Translations under genes and position numbers: made by a program
In this document: piece after piece, positions 9,066 to 17,260 of the stretch
Layout: every line of letters begins with the position of its first letter
Numbering within the stretch: the stretch's first letter is position 1
The notes under the pieces: model-generated
What the model saw: only the letters and a program-made list of their open reading frames with translations
Databases searched by the model: none
What the model was told of the DNA's origin: nothing
Virus record (IMG/VR): IMGVR_UViG_3300020473_002200
Span: 64,001 to 128,000 of that record
Reading direction: 5' to 3' (one strand)
DNA length: 64,000 nt
Source of the DNA: a virus

Positions 9066-10976
9066 ATGAGTTTTTCATTAGATACGTTGACGGAAGGTAT
9101 CAAGGCACGCAATGTGGGTCAGGGTAATCGTCGACTATTAGAAAAATGGGGACGTACGGGTCTCCTTCGCGGTTTGGAAGCTACCAACCGTGAGAATATG
9201 GCTACCCTTCTGGAAAACCAGGCGGGTCAGGCCCTTCGCGAAGCTTCTGCCCTCGCAGGTGGAGCTAATTCAGACATTCGCGGCTTTACGAACATTGCAT
9301 TTCCAATCGTTCGTCGCGTATTCGGTTCATTGATTGCCAATGAGCTTGTTTCAATCCAGCCAATGAGTCTTCCTTCTGGTCTGCTCTTTTACTTGGATTA
9401 CACATATGGCTCAGGTGTTGGTGCTGACGGTTCTCTGACTGAGAATGCTTATGATGCTGGCCAGTCAATCTATGGTTTACCAACAAACCCAGGTAAGAAC
9501 GGCCCAGCTCAGGCAGTCGGTGGTCAGTATGACCTTGCTGGTTCTGGTTACTCACGTCCGCACAAGAAATTAACTGCTGCTGCGATGAATGACGTTGAGG
9601 CAACCGTAGCGTTTAAGCCAGGTACACAGCTTAGTAACACTGATGCTGTATCTGCTAGTAAGCTGGTTTCTGCTGATTCTGCATGGATCAGCTACGACCC
9701 ACAGATTCAGGCCTTGATTGACGCCGGCGGCGACGCTGGTAACTTTGGTCTCTTGTCAATTCCAATTGCGGTTTTCGCGGATGCTGACTTGGATCTTATT
9801 CGAGAAATCGCTTTCTGGGAACATGACGATGATGGAACAGACTTCTACGTCAATGTGGATGCGTCAATCCAGGGTGGCGAAGGTATCTTCAACGTTCGTC
9901 GTTTGACACGACTCTTAAAGGGTACTCTGGCTGAAATTCAGGCTGCTTCCAGTCCTGCAGATCTTCTCTGTGGTAAGGCTGAGGCTACTCACGTTCTTCT
10001 CGTTGTGAAGCTTGGCGCAGCAGCTACTCAGTTTACTGCCGCTGACTTCGGTGACGGTGCTAACGCTGAGTACGGTCTCTCTTTCGTTGAGAAGGCTGGT
10101 ACAAACCAGAATGATCTTTCATCAGTCGTTTCACCTGCTTTCGAATCAGCGTTTAAAGTCTCTGACGGTGATGGTAACGATGTTTCTGGTATTCCAGAAA
10201 TCGACATCAAGATTGAGTCCGTCTCAGTCGTTGCTCAAACACGTAAGCTCAAGGCCAAATGGTCTCCAGAGCTCGCGCAGGATTTGAATGCTTACCACAG
10301 CCTTGACGCTGAGGTTGAGCTTACTCAGATTCTTTCTGAGCAGGTTGCTCTAGAGATTGACCGAGAAATTCTTGGAGACCTTCTCATGAACGCCGGTGCT
10401 GCTAACTTCTTCTGGAGTCGCTCACCAGGTAACTTCGTTAATAAGCGAAGCGGTGCTGCAGTTTCAAGAGCTACTTCACTTCGCCCTGGCCCGGCTTTCA
10501 CCGGTACAGTTCGTGAGTGGTACGAGACTCTTGTTGAGACCATCATCGATGTTTCTAACGAGATTCATAGAAAGACACTTCGTGGCGCTGGTAACTTCAT
10601 CGTTGTTAGCCCTGAGGTTGCAACCATTCTTGAAGCTTCCGTGCTTTACAAGCCAGCTCTGAGCCTCGATAGTGATGGCCAGGTTGCTAGCCCAATGGTT
10701 CTCGGTGCCGAGAAGGTTGGTACTCTTTCAAGCCGTTTCACGGTTTATAAAGACCCATACTTCCCACGTCACAAGATCCTTGTTGGCTTCAAGGGAAGCA
10801 GCTACTTAGAGACCGGATATGTTTACGCTCCGTACGTACCATTGATTGTCACACCAACAATCTTCGCGCCTGAGGATTTCACCCCACGTAAGGGTGTTAT
10901 GACTCGTTACGGCAAGAAGATGGTTCGTTCTGACTTCTACGGTACCGTTACATGCTTGGACATGAACGTTATCTAA
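9066..10976 (+). CDS. gp23: Major capsid protein (T4 gp23-like) with large internal insertion
   Basis: FPIVRRVFG, VSIQPMSLPSGLLFYLDY, RKLKAKWSPELAQDLNAYHSLDAEVEL, GYVYAPYVPL, PRKGVMTRY motifs; AAGGAG SD. Confidence 0.96.
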   Translation: MSFSLDTLTEGIKARNVGQGNRRLLEKWGRTGLLRGLEATNRENMATLLENQAGQALREASALAGGANSDIRGFTNIAFPIVRRVFGSLIANELVSIQPMSLPSGLLFYLDYTYGSGVGADGSLTENAYDAGQSIYGLPTNPGKNGPAQAVGGQYDLAGSGYSRPHKKLTAAAMNDVEATVAFKPGTQLSNTDAVSASKLVSADSAWISYDPQIQALIDAGGDAGNFGLLSIPIAVFADADLDLIREIAFWEHDDDGTDFYVNVDASIQGGEGIFNVRRLTRLLKGTLAEIQAASSPADLLCGKAEATHVLLVVKLGAAATQFTAADFGDGANAEYGLSFVEKAGTNQNDLSSVVSPAFESAFKVSDGDGNDVSGIPEIDIKIESVSVVAQTRKLKAKWSPELAQDLNAYHSLDAEVELTQILSEQVALEIDREILGDLLMNAGAANFFWSRSPGNFVNKRSGAAVSRATSLRPGPAFTGTVREWYETLVETIIDVSNEIHRKTLRGAGNFIVVSPEVATILEASVLYKPALSLDSDGQVASPMVLGAEKVGTLSSRFTVYKDPYFPRHKILVGFKGSSYLETGYVYAPYVPLIVTPTIFAPEDFTPRKGVMTRYGKKMVRSDFYGTVTCLDMNVI

Positions 10977-11000
10977 TAGAGTAGAACAACTCTAAATTAA

Positions 11001-11030
11001 GGGGTGGCCTTTTGGCCACCCTTTTTTTTT
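11001..11030 (+). terminator. Rho-independent terminator after the MCP gene
   Basis: GGGTGGCC-TTTT-GGCCACCC (11002-11021) perfect 8-bp stem followed by 9 T. Confidence 0.92.
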
Positions 11031-11087
11031 ACTTTTTGCCGGTTTGGTGATATTTATTATTGAATATTCACGCCACTAGGAGAGTTT

Positions 11088-12647
11088 ATGAAATCTTTAA
11101 GAGAGCTTTACAACATTAAGGCCAGTAAAAGAAAGAAATTAACCCGTAAGGATAAGCTTCGCAATATATTAAAAGAAGCAGAAGCTGCCCTAACCCAACA
11201 GGTTCAAGATGCCGATGCTAAGCCTATTACACTTGTTGTTCTTTATGGACCACCAGCTGCTGGTAAAGGTGCTGCAAAGTCTGCTATTGGTGATTTTATA
11301 GGCGCAAACTCAGAGCAAAATTTTGAAGATTATTTAGATCAGCTTGCAGATCAAGGCCAAAAACAATTTCAAGAAGAAGATGCTGCTATGGTTAACATCA
11401 CTAGCAAATCATTAGCTCCTGCGATTTTTAAAGAGATAGAGGGAAGAGTATCTGGTGGGGAAGACTTCGACTCAATTATTGGTGATTATTTTCATGTGAA
11501 TGAAAAGGGTAAGAAATTTGAGCTAGGATCAATCCTTAGTAAGTCAGCATTTGAAAAACTTAAAGATGGCGGCGGCGCAAAAGAATTTGCGGATTTTCCT
11601 AACACTGCAGCGTTTTTTACTCAAGCTAGGGGTTTTTCAAAAGCTATTGATGGTTTAGATGATGATACTAATGCAATGATGGGTCCAAATGATGGTTCTC
11701 CAACGCTTGGTATTCGAGCCGCGGCAGCAGGTCGTTATATGGATGATGTTAAGAAAGAGCTTAAATCGCTAATGGGCGACGCAAAGGAAATTTCCGGAAC
11801 ACCTTACGCAACAGTATATTTAGCAGATCAAGCTGGGGAGTCAACAGCCGATACCGGTCGAATTGCAGCTCTTGGAGACTTAAAGGGAGACGCAGACTTC
11901 GCAGGTCTTAAGATCATTGGTGTTTATATCCACCAACCAGCTGAGCGCACACGTATAGCTAATCTTCACCGCGCATCGACTGGTGGTAGACGTGTCGCGC
12001 AATCTGAAGTTGAGCGTATCTTTGCGGCTGGTCCGGAGATAGATGGTTCTGGTAAAATCACAAAGAAGGGTGCAGCTATTGAAGCTATGGAAAGCGCAGG
12101 ATTTGATCAAATTCATCTCTATCATCCACCCAACCCGTTTGATCCAGAGGGTGTGAAAGTAAAGGGTCGACCAATTGGTAATGCTATTTGTGAACCGCTA
12201 GGCACAGGTACAGGACATCTTGACATTGAGGGTTGCGATGATGAATCTTCTGGTTCTAAAACTGGGGCTAGATCACTTAAGGGTATGGAGAAATATGCTG
12301 CTAAACAAGCAGAGTTAGATTCTGATGCTGTTGAAAAAGTCGGTGGTGGATTACCTACTGATTTAAGTGATGAAGAACAAGATAAAGTTATTGCCGCTTT
12401 CGAAAAGATGGGATTTTCTGGTGTTACAAAAGACAAATTGACAGATTATCTCCAAAGTGTTAAACCCCCATTCGTTAGAGGCGCAAAAAAGCACGGCCAA
12501 GTTCCGTGGAAAGATAGTCTTTTTGGCGATGGTACCAACCCAACGGAGAAAGTCACAATTAAAGATGAGTCCGCTCGCTCTAAAAAGACCAAAGACAATC
12601 TTCTTTTCGAGCGCTGGCGAAAAAATGCAGGCTTATTAAACGATTAA
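11088..12647 (+). CDS. P-loop kinase-fold protein (zeta-toxin/AAA_33-like) with probable virion-targeting termini
   Basis: VVLYGPPAAGKG Walker A; GVYIHQPAERTRIANLHRASTGGRRV resembles the zeta-toxin-like lid (R...R...GG..V); AGGAG SD. Confidence 0.55.
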   Translation: MKSLRELYNIKASKRKKLTRKDKLRNILKEAEAALTQQVQDADAKPITLVVLYGPPAAGKGAAKSAIGDFIGANSEQNFEDYLDQLADQGQKQFQEEDAAMVNITSKSLAPAIFKEIEGRVSGGEDFDSIIGDYFHVNEKGKKFELGSILSKSAFEKLKDGGGAKEFADFPNTAAFFTQARGFSKAIDGLDDDTNAMMGPNDGSPTLGIRAAAAGRYMDDVKKELKSLMGDAKEISGTPYATVYLADQAGESTADTGRIAALGDLKGDADFAGLKIIGVYIHQPAERTRIANLHRASTGGRRVAQSEVERIFAAGPEIDGSGKITKKGAAIEAMESAGFDQIHLYHPPNPFDPEGVKVKGRPIGNAICEPLGTGTGHLDIEGCDDESSGSKTGARSLKGMEKYAAKQAELDSDAVEKVGGGLPTDLSDEEQDKVIAAFEKMGFSGVTKDKLTDYLQSVKPPFVRGAKKHGQVPWKDSLFGDGTNPTEKVTIKDESARSKKTKDNLLFERWRKNAGLLND

Positions 12648-12693
12648 TTTTTAGCTATTATTATTCATTTTGTCTAAGCTAAAGGAGGCAAAC

Positions 12694-12993
12694 ATGGCTA
12701 CAGCTAAAAAGACTACAACGAAGACAACTGCTACAAAGGCAAAGACAACTGCTACAAAGGCAAAGACAACTGCTACAAAGGCAAAGGCGACCACCACTTC
12801 AACTTCTAAGACAGAAGTGGAGGCCCTTAAAAAGACTGTTGCGACTTTGAAAAATGAAGTTGCAAGTCTCAAAAAATCAATATCAGAAGTAAAAGATATG
12901 CAGCTAAGAGACGTTATTCTTACCTGGGCAGAAAGCCAACCTGACTTTAAGGTACTTCGTCGTTTACGAAGAGCCGGTATCACAAGAAGCTAA
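12694..12993 (+). CDS. Small Lys/Thr/Ala-rich (histone H1-like) protein with C-terminal coiled coil
   Basis: AAGGAGG SD at 12682-12688, ATG at 12694; KTTATKA repeats. Confidence 0.65.
   Translation: MATAKKTTTKTTATKAKTTATKAKTTATKAKATTTSTSKTEVEALKKTVATLKNEVASLKKSISEVKDMQLRDVILTWAESQPDFKVLRRLRRAGITRS
12721..12783 (+). repeat. Perfect 21-bp tandem repeat x3 (AAGACAACTGCTACAAAGGCA)
   Basis: Copies at 12721-12741, 12742-12762 and 12763-12783, each encoding KTTATKA. Confidence 0.95.
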
Positions 12994-13030
12994 TTCTTTT
13001 TGTAAATTCAATCTTTCTCTATAATTATTA

Positions 13031-13090
13031 GTAGGCCCGCATCATTTTTGATCAGCTGACCCTGCCAGCGGTGCGGAATCTTGCAGACAA
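13031..13090 (+). ncRNA. Candidate structured RNA in 5' leader (three-way junction with possible pseudoknot)
   Basis: GC-rich island in an AT-rich spacer; possible stems CCGC/GCGG, ATCA/TGAT and GCTG/CAGC, with loop CTGC complementary to downstream GCAG. All stems are short. Confidence 0.25.
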
Positions 13091-13105
13091 AAAAGGAGAA
13101 AGATC

Positions 13106-13552
13106 ATGCCAAAGATTCGACATATGGATACGAAGGGTCTCGTTCAAGAGACAGGATCAGGAGTTACTTTAGAGCAAGGAGCTCTCACTAGAACTATTAG
13201 TCACATCACAGCAACCGTGAATACCGCTAATGGAACAACAACAACAGATTTAGGCATTACCCCACCAGCTGGTTCACGTGCTTTAGGTTGGAAGATAGAA
13301 GTATTAGAAGTTACCGGCGCCGTTGCAGGTAATATTACTGATCTGGGGATTAAGGGCGTTGACGATGACGCAATATCAGGTACTATTGCGCTAGCTGGTA
13401 ATGCTGTGGCATCTCTAGCGGGAGCCGCAGTCGCCGCGACAAGAGACATCGACATGCCGGCTACGGAATTAATGATAACCCATGGCGACCCTGGTGCCGA
13501 AGGTCGTTCTTCTAAGGTTAGAGTTACAGTTCTTTTAGAAACTTGGGCTTAA
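13106..13552 (+). CDS. Putative capsid decoration/structural beta-sandwich protein (paralog 1)
   Basis: AAGGAG SD; small-residue-rich, beta-rich sequence; aligns along its length with 13562..13999. Confidence 0.55.
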   Translation: MPKIRHMDTKGLVQETGSGVTLEQGALTRTISHITATVNTANGTTTTDLGITPPAGSRALGWKIEVLEVTGAVAGNITDLGIKGVDDDAISGTIALAGNAVASLAGAAVAATRDIDMPATELMITHGDPGAEGRSSKVRVTVLLETWA

Positions 13553-13561
13553 GGGTAAATT

Positions 13562-13999
13562 ATGAAAATTGAAATGACAGATGTAAAAGGTCTTGTAACA
13601 GATGGCACAGGTACAGGCCAAGTTTTAACACAGGGTGCAATTACAAGAACAATTAGCCACCTCACTGCGACACTTACGCTTGCAGACGGTACACAAAATG
13701 ATACTACGATTAATATTCCGGCAGGCGCTCTATGTCTAGGCTGGAAAGTCGAAGTTTTAACAGCTGGCGCGACTGATGTAAATATTACGTCGTTGGGTGC
13801 GGCCGCTGGTGGTGATATTAATATACTTTCTGGAGACTTCACGTTACCAAATGAAGCTGTTGGCACCGCGGCAGGTGCGTGTGATGCTCTTGTAAGAGAC
13901 GCCGCAGTTGGTGCATTAGACCTGTACGTTCACCATGGTGACGTAAATGCAGGCGGCGCTAAGATCAGGGTTTCAGTTATGATCGAGCAATGGTCGTAA
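13562..13999 (+). CDS. Putative capsid decoration/structural beta-sandwich protein (paralog 2)
   Basis: Shares KGLV..TG.G..L.QGA.TRTISH.TAT, PAG..LGWK.EVL and H GD..A.G..K.RV.V..E.W with 13106..13552. Confidence 0.55.
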   Translation: MKIEMTDVKGLVTDGTGTGQVLTQGAITRTISHLTATLTLADGTQNDTTINIPAGALCLGWKVEVLTAGATDVNITSLGAAAGGDINILSGDFTLPNEAVGTAAGACDALVRDAAVGALDLYVHHGDVNAGGAKIRVSVMIEQWS

Positions 14000-14069
14000 T
14001 TCGATAACATATTTCTCACATCTTCAAGATATTCTCACTCCTGTTCCATATTTAGATCAGGAGTGAGAT

Positions 14070-15245
14070 ATGTCTTCATTTTCTAATACATTTAGGCCAA
14101 CGCCCTTCGGTTTTTTTGACGAAGATCAGGATTTTATTCGCGAAGCGGATTCAATGGTGACTTTTGTTAAAAGAAAATTGGGTGATGATATTCTTAGTGT
14201 CGAACTAACCAAGAAACAGGTATGGGCTTGCTTTGAAGAATCATTCCTCGAGTATGGCAGAATCGTCTTAGAAGCTCACGGAAAGTCGCAATTAACCAAT
14301 TTATTAGGTATTCCAACTGGATCACTTTCTGGGGCACAAGAACTTCACCCAAGACAAAATCTTGAATTTCTAATGCGCGCAGCTGAACCATATGCTGGTG
14401 AAGCTGGTGTGGGTGGCTCATATGAAATAGTTTCAGGTTCAATTGAGCTGGAGACAGGCCGACAAGATTATGATATCTATAAAGAGTTAAAAGATTCTAG
14501 CGGAGATCTAATAGTCAGTAGTAGCCTAAATTCTCCACGTACTCGAATGAAGATAATGGAGGTTATGCACTTTTCACCTATGGCTGCTTATCGTTTTTTC
14601 GATACCACGTCAGCCATAAACTATCTAAATAATGAGTTTTCATTCGAGTCATTTACACCTGAAACAGTTTTCTATGTGCTTCCAGTTTTTGAAGATATTC
14701 TTCGTGCCGGCCAGATGGATATTAGTAACAGAGTTAGAAGGTCAAATACATCATATCAGCTTGTTGGTGGAAAACTTCGCATCTTCCCAGTGCCGATGGA
14801 CACATCTGAGAAAAAGAAACTTTGGGTCAAGGTTATGTTTAATCCTGATCCGCTAAAGCCTCATATCGGAGAAGATGGCACAATATACGGCGTATCAAAC
14901 TTATCGAACGTTCCATTTGGCAATTTAAGATATTCGAAAGTGAATGAAATTGGTAGACAGTGGGTTCGTCAATACGGATTAGCACTTTCGAAAGAGCTTT
15001 TAGGGTTGGTTAGATCTAAGTTTTCTAGCGTACCTATCCCCGATGGTGATCTATCGCTAAATGGCTCTGACCTAATATCACAAGGTCGTGAAGATCAAAA
15101 TAATTTAAGAGATAAAATGGTCGAACTTCTTGACACATTGTCTTATGGTAACCTATTAAAGAGCGAAGCCGAATCGGCCGAAGCGATAAAAACAGTTTTA
15201 AAGTCAGTTCCAGTTCCTTTAGGTAAAGCAATAGTGATGGGATGA
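14070..15245 (+). CDS. gp13: Neck/head-completion protein (gp13-like)
   Basis: FVKRKLG...VELT..Q...CFEE, W.RQY.LAL.KE.LG..RSKF..VP.P...LNG..L..G motifs; position after the capsid genes. Confidence 0.8.
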   Translation: MSSFSNTFRPTPFGFFDEDQDFIREADSMVTFVKRKLGDDILSVELTKKQVWACFEESFLEYGRIVLEAHGKSQLTNLLGIPTGSLSGAQELHPRQNLEFLMRAAEPYAGEAGVGGSYEIVSGSIELETGRQDYDIYKELKDSSGDLIVSSSLNSPRTRMKIMEVMHFSPMAAYRFFDTTSAINYLNNEFSFESFTPETVFYVLPVFEDILRAGQMDISNRVRRSNTSYQLVGGKLRIFPVPMDTSEKKKLWVKVMFNPDPLKPHIGEDGTIYGVSNLSNVPFGNLRYSKVNEIGRQWVRQYGLALSKELLGLVRSKFSSVPIPDGDLSLNGSDLISQGREDQNNLRDKMVELLDTLSYGNLLKSEAESAEAIKTVLKSVPVPLGKAIVMG

Positions 15246-15249
15246 CATA

Positions 15250-15924
15250 ATGGCAAGACTTTTTATAACGCCAAGAGAAATTGACTTTATTTCTGATTTA
15301 ACAAAAGAGATTAATAAAGACGTAATAGGTCAAAAGGTTTTTTACTATAAGATTAGACCTGACTTAACCGATATACATGAAATTTATGAAGAAGCGATGA
15401 CAAAGGTTTTTAATCCGCCCGTAGAAGTTGAGGCTCGGGTTGATTGGGATCCTTCTGAAATTAAGACAACCAGATTTGGTACTGAAACAGTAAAAACGAT
15501 TCAGGTTTATATTCATTATCGTGATTTGCTGGATAGAAATCTTGAAATACAAGAGGGCGATTATATAAGTTACGGTAATATATTCTTCGAAATAACTAGT
15601 TCTATATTTACTTCGCTCATATTTGGGCAAGTCGAGTATAAGACTGGTCTTAAGCTGGCTTGTAAGCAGGCACGTAAGGGTCAAATAGACTTCAAGGTCC
15701 ACGGCCCAACAGACGAAGGTGATACCACTCCAGATGCCGTTCAAAAGACGTTTGTTCAGCAAAGGGGAAGCGCGATTAATAACGAGGGTGAAACCGGCGA
15801 TAAGCGCGCTTTAATTGAACAAGGTAAAGTAACCCCTGTAGAAGATGGTCCCGCTGAGGTATCTGAGCGTGGTGATAGCGCAAAAATAAGTTCTTCTTTC
15901 TATGGTGATGATTATGACGTCTAG
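15250..15924 (+). CDS. gp14: Neck/head-closure protein (gp14-like)
   Basis: DVIGQKVFYY, IYEEA...F..PVE...V, HYRDL......EGD.I.YG..FFEI pattern; synteny gp13-gp14-gp15. Confidence 0.65.
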   Translation: MARLFITPREIDFISDLTKEINKDVIGQKVFYYKIRPDLTDIHEIYEEAMTKVFNPPVEVEARVDWDPSEIKTTRFGTETVKTIQVYIHYRDLLDRNLEIQEGDYISYGNIFFEITSSIFTSLIFGQVEYKTGLKLACKQARKGQIDFKVHGPTDEGDTTPDAVQKTFVQQRGSAINNEGETGDKRALIEQGKVTPVEDGPAEVSERGDSAKISSSFYGDDYDV

Positions 15925-17176
15925 ATACAAAGTAAAAAAAGGATCTGGCGGAAAAGCCGATATCGGATATCAGGAGGGAGAACAGGTCTCAGCTCTCGAT
16001 ATTCCTTCATGTACAATCGAGGATGTCGATCGCTCAGTTTTTAATTTATTTGAACATAGTTTAGATTTTACTGTTAAGAGTAATAAAAAGCCCACAAAGG
16101 TTCCAGTAATATTTGCAACAGGCGAGCGCTTTGCATTATTGGCTAGAAAAAAGCCGCTTAGGGATGCTTCATCTGCATTAATACTTCCTCTAATATCCAT
16201 TATGAGAACAGCGGTAGACCAATCCCAGGGCATCGGTGAAAATGTTCCTCTTATTGTAAAGAAAAGATTGGCTCCTGAAGATGCATCATATCAAGCCTAT
16301 GTAAACAAACAAGGTCTTATGAATGACGACAATCTAGTGTCTGCTGAAAATCTTGAATCTGATGATTGTCCAAACCACGAAAACGCCTCTGCGAAAAAGC
16401 TTAAGGTGAAAATGGGCGAACCAGGACCTTCTAATCCCCTTATTGGAAAAGATATAACGTATAATATATTCGAGATTTTTGAAATACCACCTGTTAAGCA
16501 TTTCACTGCGACGTATGAAGTAACGTTTTGGTGCCAGTATACCCAGCAAATGAACAGTATGTTAACAATTTTAATGGGAGGTTATACAAATAATAATCGC
16601 CCATCTTTTAAGCTGGAAACAGATAAGGGATATTTCTTTACTGGCTTTGTGGAGGATGGGTTTTCTCCAGATGTAAATTTCGATGATTTTACCGAAGACG
16701 AAAGATTAGTAAAGTGTAGTATTAATATGAAAGTCCAGGCGTATCTAGTTGCGCCTAGAAGTATAGGGCAACCGACGCCGATTAGAAGGTATGTTTCGGC
16801 TCCCAATATTTCTTTTACGATTCATGAAGGATTTGATGTTGTGGGATCTGGAGTAACTCCAGTTGTAGATTCGAACAATCCAACCGATCATGTACTTAGT
16901 GATTTAAGTCATGAGTTAGACGGAGGCCCAAAAAGAGGTGTAAGTGAAACTATATACCAACAAATTGACAGTAATTTGGATTCTTTGGGTACTACGACAT
17001 TAAATAATAATATAGGGTCGATGGGTACTTTGCATAAAGTTAAAGGCCGCGACCCGATTACAGGAAGAGAGCGTAACGTGGAAGTAAGAGTCGCTGATCA
17101 AAATAGAAAGTCTGGTGAGACTGTCTTAAGGGCATATGACTTTATAATTAAACTAGAAGACTTAATTAAGAAATAA
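15914..17176 (+). CDS. gp15: Tail terminator/sheath stabiliser (gp15-like)
   Basis: TIEDVDRSVF, PVIFATGERF, LILPLISIMR, YEVTFW.QY..QMN pattern; lies just before the sheath. Start is uncertain (15902/15908/15914). Confidence 0.65.
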   Translation: MTSRYKVKKGSGGKADIGYQEGEQVSALDIPSCTIEDVDRSVFNLFEHSLDFTVKSNKKPTKVPVIFATGERFALLARKKPLRDASSALILPLISIMRTAVDQSQGIGENVPLIVKKRLAPEDASYQAYVNKQGLMNDDNLVSAENLESDDCPNHENASAKKLKVKMGEPGPSNPLIGKDITYNIFEIFEIPPVKHFTATYEVTFWCQYTQQMNSMLTILMGGYTNNNRPSFKLETDKGYFFTGFVEDGFSPDVNFDDFTEDERLVKCSINMKVQAYLVAPRSIGQPTPIRRYVSAPNISFTIHEGFDVVGSGVTPVVDSNNPTDHVLSDLSHELDGGPKRGVSETIYQQIDSNLDSLGTTTLNNNIGSMGTLHKVKGRDPITGRERNVEVRVADQNRKSGETVLRAYDFIIKLEDLIKK

Positions 17177-17260
17177 AATATGACGAACCACGAGAAACTA
17201 GAGATTTTAGAAAATAGTTATTATGTGGTTGCATAAGTAAATCACAGGAGAATCCATAAT

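Noticed and set aside
12721-12783. CRISPR or mini-array
   Set aside because: The repeats are contiguous with no spacers and lie in frame inside a CDS.
13031-13090. HDV-like (theta) or hammerhead ribozyme
   Set aside because: I could not build a complete 7-bp P1 or find the CUGANGA/GAAA core; it is kept only as an unclassified structure candidate.
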